The notes under the pieces were generated by a model, which worked only from the letters and a program-made list of their open reading frames with translations, was not told where the DNA came from and made no database searches. A stretch of DNA of 59,510 bases, counting the filler, from Rhizaria sp. SCN 62-66 (Eukaryota): the NCBI GenBank assembly GCA_001724265.1. It is 2 parts of 2 records of this genome, joined end to end, with 100 filler letters (N's around TTAATTAATTAA, not from the genome) between each part and the next. Parts side by side here need not be neighbours in the genome. Positions count along the whole stretch, not along the records: positions 1 to 28,404 come from MEDY01000388.1; 1 more part is not named here. One strand, written 5' to 3'. Each line of letters starts with the position of its first letter. Within the stretch, counting starts at the first letter, position 1. Positions 10,494-20,358 of this stretch are shown here, piece after piece. The translations under genes and the position numbers were made by a program.

Positions 10494-13436
10494 TCACTTG
10501 GCCTTGCCCTTCTTCGAGCCGCGAGCAGAAGTCGCAGTCTCTGTCGCACGCGCAGAGTTGGCAGCAGTGGCCGTGCGAGTCCTCTCCCTCAGGCCATGAC
10601 CCTCGCCGTCGGCGCTGCCCTCGCCGCCGCCGACAGCCGCGTTGTCAGCGCCATTGGCGTCGCCGCCGTCGTCGTCGTTGTGCTCGACGCCCTTGGACTG
10701 CTCAGGCCCCTGAGCCTTACTCTGAGACTTCGACTTGCTAGACTTAGGCTCAGACTTCGCCTCACTCGCCGCAGCTACCTCAGCAGCATTCGCCACAGCG
10801 GCAGCAGAGCTCTTGCTGCCCTTGCTCTGGCTCTTGCCCGCAGCGGCGGCGCCAGCAAGCCCGCCGCTCGCCGCCGCCGCCGCCGCCGCCGCCGCGGCGA
10901 CGATGCGCGCGGCGCGGACGCTGCTGACGCTGGCGCCGACGCCGAGGCTGCCGTTGCTATTGCTGTTGCTGTTGCTGTCGCAGTCGGCGCCCCAAAGCCC
11001 GAGCCCGTGGCCGTGGCCGTGAGAGTGGGAGTGGGAGTGGCTGTGCTTGTCATCGTTGTACGAGTGGACCAGCACCTCGAGACCCCGCAGGTCGCCCAGC
11101 TGGTGCGCCCACACGGCGACGAGCCCCAGCGCGCTGTAGCAGCTCACGATCATCAGCGGGAGGAACTCGAACCGCGGCAGCAGCAGGTCGACGACGTAGA
11201 GCGACGTGAAAGCGACGGGAATGCCCCACAGGTAGACCTTCTCGGCCGTCGTCATCACCTCGCCGATGCCGCGGTAGCGGAAGCGCCGCGCGCCCGCGAT
11301 CTCGGCGCCCTCCAGGTCGATCAGCGTGTGCTGCAGCACGGTGAAGACGGCCACGAGCGCCAGCGCGGCGGGCACCGTAGGCGGGTGAATCGTCACCAGC
11401 GGCAGGATCGAGGTCGTGGCCGCCGGGTACGCCAACAGGTACGTCCGCGTCTGCCGCTCCGAGTCGAGGCAGGACAGCGTCATTGGCAGCAGCGCGAGCA
11501 GGATGGCCTTCTCGTGGACGTGCCAGCCCAGCATGAAGGAGCACAGCGAGCAATAAACGAGCGCGGCCGCGAAGACGCGCGGCGCGGGCGAACGCCACAG
11601 CACGGCCAGCGCGGGCAGCATCGCCAGCAGCGTCAGCAGCGCCGTGATGGCCGGCGTGACCGTGGGCAGCGCCAGGTGGACCACGTCTTGCACGAGGCCC
11701 GACGTCGGCGACACGAGCGCAGGCTTCGCAGCAGCAGTCTCAGGACCCGCATTCGCACCCGCGGCGGCAGCGCCGGCGGCGGCAGCGCCGGCGACAGCGG
11801 AGGCAGAGACCGTATGCGTGGGGGGCAGCTTCGCCGCGAGACCCGTCTTCACAAGCAGCGCGCGCATGGCCTTGCCCGCGAGGACGAGCCCGCGGTCGGC
11901 GCCATTGTAGAGCGCCCAGACGTTGGGCGCCCAGTAAGCGTGCGTCAGTCCGCGGCCGAACGGGAAGAGCCGAGACAGCAGCTGCCGCCCGTTGAGCGCC
12001 ACGCGCGGCAGCAGCGGCAGCAGCACCTCAGCCCCGGCCTCAGCGTCACCGCTCGCCGCAGGCGCAGCGGTCGCGGAAGACTCGAGCGTCGCAGTGGCGG
12101 CCGTCTTGGTCACGGCGCTTGCGATTGCGGAGTCGCCGGCGCCGGGGTTTGGGATGAGCCCGAGGCGGATGGCCTCTGCGCGCGCGTACTGCGGCGGCGG
12201 GTGCGCCAGCAGCACTGGCCCCAGCGAGAGCAGCGACACGCCCGCGACCACCGCGCCCAGCGCCAGGAAGCGCCGCGGCGAGAAACGCTGCCGCGCAGGG
12301 CCGCCAGCGGAGCCCGTTGACGCAGAGGAGGCGGTGGGAGCGGCGGACTGGCCCTTGCCCTTGCCCTTACTCTTGATCTCGGCCTCGGCTGCTGAGACGG
12401 CCGCGCCAGTGCGAGAGGCCGCGGGGGCGGCGGCAGCGGGGGCGACGTCGTCAGCGGGCACGAAGCAGTACTTCGCGAGCAGGTAGACGAAATACGCGGG
12501 CGCGATGTAGAGGAAGATGTGCTTGAAGTAGAGCAGCACGGCGAAGACGGTGGCGCCAGCCAGGTCGTGGCCGCGGCGGTGCAGCCCCACGGAGGCGATG
12601 AGCATCCCGAGCAGGAAGCCGTTGTACTGGAAGTGGATGTGGTCCACCAGCAGCAGGCACGGATGCAGCAGCGCCAGCGCGAACACGATCAGCGGCTTCG
12701 ACACGCGCGGCGGCCGCAGCGGCGGCGCGGAGGAGCGCAGCGGCAGACATATCGGCGACGGGCCCGCGAGCCGCTCGGACGTCCAGGCGGAGGTGGCCGC
12801 TGGGACCGCAAAGGCAGCAGGGGCGGCGTTAGAGACAGAGCAAGCGGTGCCGTTGCTGATGTTGCCATTCCCGAGAGATGAGTGGGGGTTTGAAGGGAGA
12901 AACGGCGGGGAATCGGGCGCCTCAGCCTTGCCCTTTGCGCCCTTGTTCTCGGCATCCGTCGTGTTGGTCGTGCTGTAGGCAGTGTTGCCGCCGTTGCCGC
13001 CGTTGACGCCGCTGGTGAGGCGGCCGGCCGTGGCGGGCTCAAGAGCGGGGTCGACGCGCTCGTACGTGTGCTCGTCGCGCGCCGTGACGTAGATAACGAG
13101 CCCGGCGAAGAGCACCAGGTCGGCGAAGATGACCGTGAACCGCTGGAACACGACGGTGGCCGTGGAGGCGTAGTTGAGGTTACTCACGGTCACCATGCCT
13201 GGATCGACGAGCGCGCCCACCTGCGAGAGTGCCCACTCGAACCAGGCGAAAAAGGGCGGGTAGTCGAGCGTCCACTCGGAGGTGCGCTCGTAGTACCAGT
13301 GGCCCAGCGGGAGCGAGTGCGTGATGGCGAGCCAGTTGCGGTGCACCTCGAAGTCGGTGGAGCGGTAAAAGGGCATGCAGAAGAGCTTCACCACGCAGCT
13401 CAGCCAGAAGACCGAGACATAGGCGAACACCTTCAT
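10494..13436 (-). CDS. ALG8: Dolichyl-PP-Glc1Man9GlcNAc2 alpha-1,3-glucosyltransferase (~980 aa, with Ala-rich insertions)
   Basis: Signature motifs YRSTDFEVHRNWLAITHSLP, TSEWTLDYPPFFAWFE, DHIHFQYNG, RLFPFGRGLTHAYWAPNVWALY and GWHVHEKAIL. ATG at 13436, stop TGA. Confidence 0.95.
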   Translation of the reverse strand: MKVFAYVSVFWLSCVVKLFCMPFYRSTDFEVHRNWLAITHSLPLGHWYYERTSEWTLDYPPFFAWFEWALSQVGALVDPGMVTVSNLNYASTATVVFQRFTVIFADLVLFAGLVIYVTARDEHTYERVDPALEPATAGRLTSGVNGGNGGNTAYSTTNTTDAENKGAKGKAEAPDSPPFLPSNPHSSLGNGNISNGTACSVSNAAPAAFAVPAATSAWTSERLAGPSPICLPLRSSAPPLRPPRVSKPLIVFALALLHPCLLLVDHIHFQYNGFLLGMLIASVGLHRRGHDLAGATVFAVLLYFKHIFLYIAPAYFVYLLAKYCFVPADDVAPAAAAPAASRTGAAVSAAEAEIKSKGKGKGQSAAPTASSASTGSAGGPARQRFSPRRFLALGAVVAGVSLLSLGPVLLAHPPPQYARAEAIRLGLIPNPGAGDSAIASAVTKTAATATLESSATAAPAASGDAEAGAEVLLPLLPRVALNGRQLLSRLFPFGRGLTHAYWAPNVWALYNGADRGLVLAGKAMRALLVKTGLAAKLPPTHTVSASAVAGAAAAGAAAAGANAGPETAAAKPALVSPTSGLVQDVVHLALPTVTPAITALLTLLAMLPALAVLWRSPAPRVFAAALVYCSLCSFMLGWHVHEKAILLALLPMTLSCLDSERQTRTYLLAYPAATTSILPLVTIHPPTVPAALALVAVFTVLQHTLIDLEGAEIAGARRFRYRGIGEVMTTAEKVYLWGIPVAFTSLYVVDLLLPRFEFLPLMIVSCYSALGLVAVWAHQLGDLRGLEVLVHSYNDDKHSHSHSHSHGHGHGLGLWGADCDSNSNSNSNGSLGVGASVSSVRAARIVAAAAAAAAAASGGLAGAAAAGKSQSKGSKSSAAAVANAAEVAAASEAKSEPKSSKSKSQSKAQGPEQSKGVEHNDDDGGDANGADNAAVGGGEGSADGEGHGLRERTRTATAANSARATETATSARGSKKGKAK

Positions 13437-14341
13437 CGGGGCAAGGGCGGCGACAGCGCGCGCGGTAACGCCGTGGGAAAAGGATGGGGAAAGCCCTGGG
13501 ATGCTGGGACGCGCGGTGGGAAGGCGGGAAGGCGCGGGTGCGAGCAGGGCGACCGCCTTGGGGGGCTGTGAAAACGGGCAAGCAGAAAATGGAATGAGTA
13601 TGATATGTATCAAAGGAAGAATAAACTAATTGCAGTTAATCTTGATAATAAATTCCTATGTTGTCAATCTTGTTTGATTTGACGAAGGAAAAAATGCGAA
13701 AACGGGTTGATATTTGCGGAGCAGAAGTGACCAAGCACACCAGAGCCGCTTAGAAGAAGAGTACTGTATGGTGCCTTTTTGCTACTAGCGGCGGACCAGC
13801 AGCGAGCCGGCTCGCTGGCTCCAGGCAGGGAATCGTCGATTGGGCTAATTGATGTGAAAACAGCCTATTAATGAAATTTAAATCAAGATATTAAATTAGT
13901 CAATGACGTAAACCATTGAACTATTATTACAACCCTTCCAATACGCACAGGTATTGCGCAAAGAGTCGTGCTCAAATAGACGCGTGCCTCAAATCGGCGT
14001 CATGACTCGATCCCTTCCCATGCTGTCCGCACACGCCAACAAAGGCACTTCTTTGTTATAGCCAGCTCTTAAGAAATTATTGTTTTCTTTCTCACGGAAT
14101 ACCTGGTCCATTTTTGTATCCTCCTTCTTTTTTGCAGTTTTCTCAACTCAACCTCGAATCCCCGCTTCCAGCACTCCCAGAACCACCAACCCCTCCCCCC
14201 TTTCCGACCCACTGCTCGCGACACAAACCCCCCTCTGTGCGCTGCCAACCCCAACCTCCGCGCTTCGCTTCACCTTTGTCCTCTATCCCTGCAAGCTTTT
14301 GCGTGGAAAACTCGAGTTCCTCCCCGCAACAGACGCAACCG

Positions 14342-17296
14342 ATGTCCAGTGCCGTAGAGACCTCGCCCGCCCCCGCAGCGCGTGCGGCCCCCGTGGCCGC
14401 GCCCGCCGCCGCCGCGCCGCTGTCGCTTGCCGCGCTTACCGCGGCCGCCGCCGCCGCCTCCGCCGCGGGCCCCCGCGCGTCGACTGTGGCCCCCGTGGCC
14501 GTGGCCCCTGTGCCCGTGCCCGTGGCAGTGCACCGGCCGAGCATCTCGACGGCCTCCTCAGCGCCCTCGTCAGCGCTCTCGCAGCCCTCACCCGACGGTA
14601 ACGGCGCCGACGCAGAGTCCACCGCCGACGCCGACGCCGCCACCGCCACCGCCACCGCCGGCGCTGCCCCCGCCGCCGCGACTGCCGCGGCCGCCACCAC
14701 CACCACCACGCGCACTGCCGCGGCCAACAGCAACGCCGCGCTGCCGCCCCTGCTCTCCCGCCCCGGCCGCCTCCCCTCCTTCGACGACGGCTCAACCGCC
14801 GCCACTGCCGGCGCCGGCCCTGGCGCTGGCGCTGGCGCTGGCAACGCGACGTTCAACACCACTGGCGGGCTTCGCGACCGCTGCAAGACCGTTCCCGGCT
14901 CCGGCTCCGCCTCCGCCTCGCCCAGCCCCGGCCCCGGCTCCAGCGGCAGCGGCGCGACCGCGTCCGCGACGATGCCGCTCGATGTCTCTGCCGCGCTGCA
15001 GGGCCGCGGGCGCCTTGACTCGTTTTCGGCCGCTGCCGCCTCCGGCGAGCCCCTCACGCGCGAGTCCTTCTCCATGTCCAACAGCTTCAGCGGCGGTAGC
15101 GGCCTCGGCGGCGGCGCCTCGGCCTCGGCGGCGGCGGGGGCGGGCCGCGCGTCCCCCGGGCCTGGCCGCCGCGTCTGCGCCTTCCCCGGCTGCCGCGCCT
15201 TCTGCCAGCCGCCCGTGGGCACCGTCGGCCTGCCCGCCCAGCGCGAACCTGGCTCCACCACCGCGGGCCTGATTAACGGGCTCGGGCTCGACACCCCCGC
15301 CAGCGCAGACGGCATGGGCAGCGGCTTCGGCAGCGGCTTTGGCTCTCCCGCGCCCTCTGGCCGCGCCGTGCGCTCCCTGTCCATCTCGCAGCCCGGGGAC
15401 TCGAGCGCCGTCGCCGCCGCGGCCAATGCCAGCAGGGTCTCGGAGCTGGAGACCGAGGGCGGCGACGTGCCCATGCCGCTTGAGCCGCTCCCCGAGGGCT
15501 TCGCCGTCAGCGCCACCAACGCGCACAGCGCGAGCGCGAGCGTGAGCGGGAACGGGAGCGACTCGTCCGCGCCCAGCTCGGCGATCGGCTCCCCGCTGCT
15601 ATCGCACAGCGCTAGCATGGGCCCGCGCAAGTCGCTCTTCTCCTACTCGCCCTCGCCGCTCGCCACGCCTCAGACGCCCGCCCATGGCGCCGGCGCCGGC
15701 GGCAGCGCCAGCGGCGGGCTCGGCGGACTCAACGGCCTCGGCAGCAGCGGTGGTGTGGGCGGCGTGGCGCTGATCGCGTCGCCCGGCTCGGGCACCAGCG
15801 CGTCGCTGGCCGGCAGCGCGAACAACGGCGGGCTGATGCACTACTGCTACCGGCACGCGTTCCGCGCCGAGTACCCCGAGGTGGCGCCCACGAGCCCGAA
15901 GCAGTGGGCCGTCGTCAGCGAGATCCTCACCTCGGAGGCCTCGTACCAGGTGCGTCAAGCTCAAGAACACAAATGTATTGCCGATATGACGGTTCATCTT
16001 TACAACTCTACCGTGACGATTAAAATGTATAGTCACATCCTTACGTACACTCTTATCCCAATTCTCGCATATGTAATCTCACTCTTGTCTTGTTCTCCGT
16101 ATTGTCTTTGTTTCCTGCACGCTCCCTCCCCCGCACAGGCGTCCCTGGAGCTCATCGTGGGCGGGTACGTCGACCGCATCGACGCCTCGGCCGCGGTGGG
16201 CGCGTCGGTCATCACGGCCGACGAAGCACGGCGCGTGTTCCACAACGTGCGCAACATCGCGGAGCTGTCTCGGCAGCTGCTGGCGGACCTCAAGCAGCTG
16301 CGCGGGCTCTGCAGCGAGCGCGCCGTGCTCGAGCACGTGCCGCTCGTGCTGCTGCACTACGCACCCATGCTCTCGGCCTACCGCGGCTACCTGGAGAACT
16401 ACGACGCCGCCAGCGCGCTCGTGGCGCAGCTGCGCGAGAGCTCGCCGCGCTTCGCCGCGCTGGCGCAGATCAACGGCCAGCTGCACGGACTGCCGCTCGA
16501 GTCTCTGCTTATCATGCCGGTGCAGCGGCTGCCGCGCTACACGCTGCTGCTGCGCGAGCTGCTCAAGCAGACGGAGCGCGCGGACCCGGCCTTCGAGGCG
16601 ATGGTGATGGCCGAGGAGGCCGTCACGCGCGTCACCACGGCCATCAACCACCAACTGCTGGAGAAAGAGCGCCAGAACAAGGTGTGGGAGCTGCAGACGC
16701 GCATCGAGCGCGACGACCGGTACGTGGACCTCATGCAGCCGGGCCGCTACATCGTGCGCGAGGGCGTGCTCAAGAAGCGCTACAGCAACTCGTCGTTCCA
16801 GCTGTCCAAGGACGCTGAGTACTACTTCGTGCTGTTCAACGACGTGCTACTGTACGCGGCCGAGAAGGGCAGTGGCAAGAAGAGCTCGTACAAGGTCAAG
16901 CACGTGCTGCAGCTGCGCGGCATGGTCGTCGCGCAGGACACGAGCAAGGGCCGCAACGACATCCTCCTCACCTCAGAGCCCCTCACGCTCGCCGGCGGCG
17001 CTGCCGGCGACAAAGACAAGGACAAGGACAAGCAGAAGGAGCTAGTCGTGTCGTGCCCCTCGCCGCAGAGCCGCGAGGAGTGGTTCGCAGACATCGAGGC
17101 CATGGTCAACGCCTGCTGCGGCGTCGCCAGCGGCGCCGGCGCCAGCGGCGGCGCCAGCGGCAGCAGCGGCAGTGGCGCCAGTGCCAGCGCTAGCGCTGGC
17201 GCTGGCGCTGGTGCCAGTGGCGCCGGCGCGGCGGCAGCGGGCAGCAAGAAGGTCGAGCTGACCCGCCAGTCCTCCAAGCTTGCGTCGCTGCTCTAA
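14342..17296 (+). CDS. Rho guanine nucleotide exchange factor, DH-PH type (~921 aa, 2 exons)
   Basis: Exons 14342-15949 and 16139-17296 (intron GTGCGT...CAG). Splicing restores DH helix EILTSEASYQ|ASLELIV. Also LESLLIMPVQRLPRYTLLLRELLK, then PH domain (IVREGVLKK...YFVLFNDVLLYA...REEWFADI). Confidence 0.93.
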   Translation: MSSAVETSPAPAARAAPVAAPAAAAPLSLAALTAAAAAASAAGPRASTVAPVAVAPVPVPVAVHRPSISTASSAPSSALSQPSPDGNGADAESTADADAATATATAGAAPAAATAAAATTTTTRTAAANSNAALPPLLSRPGRLPSFDDGSTAATAGAGPGAGAGAGNATFNTTGGLRDRCKTVPGSGSASASPSPGPGSSGSGATASATMPLDVSAALQGRGRLDSFSAAAASGEPLTRESFSMSNSFSGGSGLGGGASASAAAGAGRASPGPGRRVCAFPGCRAFCQPPVGTVGLPAQREPGSTTAGLINGLGLDTPASADGMGSGFGSGFGSPAPSGRAVRSLSISQPGDSSAVAAAANASRVSELETEGGDVPMPLEPLPEGFAVSATNAHSASASVSGNGSDSSAPSSAIGSPLLSHSASMGPRKSLFSYSPSPLATPQTPAHGAGAGGSASGGLGGLNGLGSSGGVGGVALIASPGSGTSASLAGSANNGGLMHYCYRHAFRAEYPEVAPTSPKQWAVVSEILTSEASYQVRQAQEHKCIADMTVHLYNSTVTIKMYSHILTYTLIPILAYVISLLSCSPYCLCFLHAPSPAQASLELIVGGYVDRIDASAAVGASVITADEARRVFHNVRNIAELSRQLLADLKQLRGLCSERAVLEHVPLVLLHYAPMLSAYRGYLENYDAASALVAQLRESSPRFAALAQINGQLHGLPLESLLIMPVQRLPRYTLLLRELLKQTERADPAFEAMVMAEEAVTRVTTAINHQLLEKERQNKVWELQTRIERDDRYVDLMQPGRYIVREGVLKKRYSNSSFQLSKDAEYYFVLFNDVLLYAAEKGSGKKSSYKVKHVLQLRGMVVAQDTSKGRNDILLTSEPLTLAGGAAGDKDKDKDKQKELVVSCPSPQSREEWFADIEAMVNACCGVASGAGASGGASGSSGSGASASASAGAGAGASGAGAAAAGSKKVELTRQSSKLASLL

Positions 17297-18292
17297 GAGC
17301 TGCGTGCTAAGTGCTGCGCGCTAAGTGCCAAGGGCACTTACATCATCGTCGCGTCACGCTGTGATGCGCTGTGTGTTGTTGTCGTCGTCATCGTTATCTC
17401 TCCATGAGTTTAATGTCTAATATTGTTCTTTTTTTAAGTCTTGCGAACTGTATCGTGTCGATCCTCGGTATTCGCCGAATGTTTGACTGTGAGGTCGCTA
17501 CATGTTGTCTCTGCCTCATTGTCTCAGTCTGTGTGAGAACAAACTTGTCGTTTCACCTTCTCCCTCATCTTCTCTCCAAATCACACGAAGATGGAATAGG
17601 AAGTCGATTTTTAGTGTCTGGAGCTCGTTTAAATGGAAATTTTTGTTTGCTTGATTGTTTTTCTTGATTATCTGTACAGATATTAATCCTCTATGTCTTG
17701 TTGTTTTTTTCTGCTTTGACTTGGCGCTCACAGTTACCACATGCAGCCAGTCAGTCATACAAGTTGTTTTCTTATTGATGTTGTTGTTGCTGCTGTTCTC
17801 TGTCTGTCTCTGGGTTTGATACTGCTTTTTAGCTTTTCATTCCAAGGCCTCAGACGTCTAGTCTCTCTTTCTCTCTTTCTTTCTCTGATTTTGTTTTCCC
17901 TTGCTTGCTCTTGTCTCTTACGGCTTCATTCTTACATGTCACCGTGAGAAGCCACCTTATAGTTTACTTTTATTCTTTCTGTCTGTTCTCTTTAAATACC
18001 GTCCATATATATTTTGTAAGCTTGAGACTTACTGTGGTTGTTTCTCACGTACCCGCGCACTCCTCACTCAATCAATTACTCTAACCAGCTCCAGTCCAGT
18101 CAAACCAAAACAATTATAGGATGCCAAGCTCAAAGCATCATCTTAAAATACACATAACACTTAAAACATGTTGCATTAAAGATTCCACTTGTATTGCTTT
18201 GACGTCATACGCATGTGAAGATTAATGTGACAGGCCAACATCAAAAAAAAAGTTAATGCGCCAACACGCAGGCTCAGACGCAGGCTCAAGGC

Positions 18293-19606
18293 TCACCGGT
18301 CAGCGGGTTCCCAGCCCTCGCGCAGCAGCGCCGCGGCCACGGCCCCGCGCCGCTGCAGCCACCCGGGGCCCTCGAACCACAGCGTGACAGCGCGCGCCGT
18401 GTCGCTCCGGCCGCCACAGCCGCTGTTAGCGTTGATGTTGCTGCTGCGGGTGTGTTGCTGCCTAGCATTGGTGTCCGCAAAGGTTGAGGTACTGTCCTCG
18501 TGACTGCTCGCATAGTGAATGTGGCTGTGTGCGCGGAGCGAGTCCTCCCAGTCGTTGCCCGCGTTGAGATCGAAGTCAAGCCGCCCGTCGTCCTCCTGCT
18601 CTGCATTCGTGTCCGTAGCGTTCGCAGCACTCGCGTCGGAAATGAGGGCGTCGATTTTCTGGGCAGCGTGAACGTCCTGGCCTGTGCCGCTCTCGGGCGG
18701 CGGCTGCAGCCTCCAGTCGGCCCCGACAGCCGCCCGCAGCAGCTGCTGCAGCTCGGCCTGCGTCTGCGCCTCCGTAGGTTGTGCCTCTGCAGGCTGCGCC
18801 TCCGCAGGCTGCGACTCAGCGGGCTGTGGTGGTGGCAGCGCGGCAGCGGGCGCGAGCGTGGCCCGCCAGGCCAGCCCGCGGGGGTCGTCCTCGAGCAGCA
18901 CGCTCAGGCAGTGGCGGGGAAACAGCGGCAGCCCCGCCCCGCGGCCCACGCTGGAGCTAGAGCTAGAGCTGGAGCTGGAGCTGGAGAGCGGGAAAGGGAC
19001 GACGAGCGAGTGCGGGGGCCCGAAGGCAGCGTAGTGTTCCCGCTCGCTCAGCCGCTGCAACTGCTGCTGCTGCTGTGGGGTCTCGGCTCGGCGGCGCCGG
19101 TCCGCGCGCGAGAGGCGGTCCGGCCACTCGATGAGCGCGCAGTCGCTGGCAAACACGGCGGGCAGGTCCAGCACTGCGGCCTCGCGCAGCCCCGCCACGC
19201 GGTACAGATCAATGTGATGCAGGCGGCGGCCCGCGTGCACGTAGGTCGTGTCAAGTGTGAAGGTCGGCGAGGCCACGGGCAGCGCGGGCAGCCCCGTGAA
19301 GGCGCGCACGAAGGCCCGCGCGAACACCGTCTTGCCGACGCCCAGGTCGCCGTACAGCAGCACCGCGGCCCCCGGCGCCGCTGAGGCCGCGGCGACGGCG
19401 CGCGCAATCGCGGACGTGGCATCCGGCGACGGCGCGCGCAGGTACAGCGCGCCGTACGCGCCGGGGCTCGCCGCTGCGCTGCTGTCAGGCGGAGCGCCGC
19501 TGGAGCCCGAGCTGGCGCTGGCAGCGGAGAAGAGGCGTACGGAGCGGCTTGGCTACGGCGCTGCACGGTGCACGAGAGCCAGAGCGCGCCGGGAGCGGAA
19601 TAACAT
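18293..19606 (-). CDS. tsaE: TsaE (YjeE)-family P-loop ATPase with predicted mitochondrial presequence; in-frame TAG at codon 18
   Basis: TsaE motifs LYGDLGVGKT, VASPTFTL, HIDLYR and LIEWPDRL. The only in-frame ATG is at 19606 (MLFRSRRALALVHRAAP-TAG-PSRSVRLFS). TAG at 19553-19555, stop TGA. About 437 aa if TAG is decoded. Confidence 0.85.
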
Positions 19607-20358
19607 GTTGAGTCTCGATGCGCTCGTTGCAAAACTAAGTTCGACAGAGAGCTGATTGGCTGCCTCTGAGACACAGGAGCACCAAGGGCGCGGGTGGACT
19701 CGTTGTCGGGTGACTGCTGCTGAGTGGAATCATTTTTTAGCGTAATGGAACAGAAACAAGATTTTTAAAAAAAAAAATTATGGTTGGTAATATTAACATT
19801 GTTGTTTGATACAATAGTAGAGCTATAGACGTATTTACGATCAAACTCGCGAGACACACTCTTCCGGGTTTTTGCTCATTTCGACCGATTGAGCGAAGCG
19901 ACGAAAGCCGCTGCAAGTGTACGTTCCCGTTCCAGCACCTTTCGTGCTAATACAAATCAATAACATCTAGATTCGTTGATATTTTGCGTTGTGTGATACA
20001 TTAATGTTAAAAATATATTTGCATTGGAAACGATGAAGAAAAATTCCTTTATTATTGTTGTACGTCTCATACGAATAAACACAGCAATGTGTGGAACGTA
20101 ACAGTGCGTTGTCGCTACTGCTCGCGTTCAGATGAGTTTCGATCTCTTTCAGTTGCAGTGCGTGTGCAAGGCAGCACGCTACGTCAGAAATTAACTCGTA
20201 ATAAATAATTTTCGATAAAAACCGCAATAAATAACTCTAAGTAAAGTTCTCAATACAAAAAACGACATCAGTTCGGTCGTTACACAGAATCGTTCGTTGC
20301 TTGCTCACAGTCCGTCACACTCGCTCACAGTCGTGCACAGTCGCAGGCGGTCGCTCGC

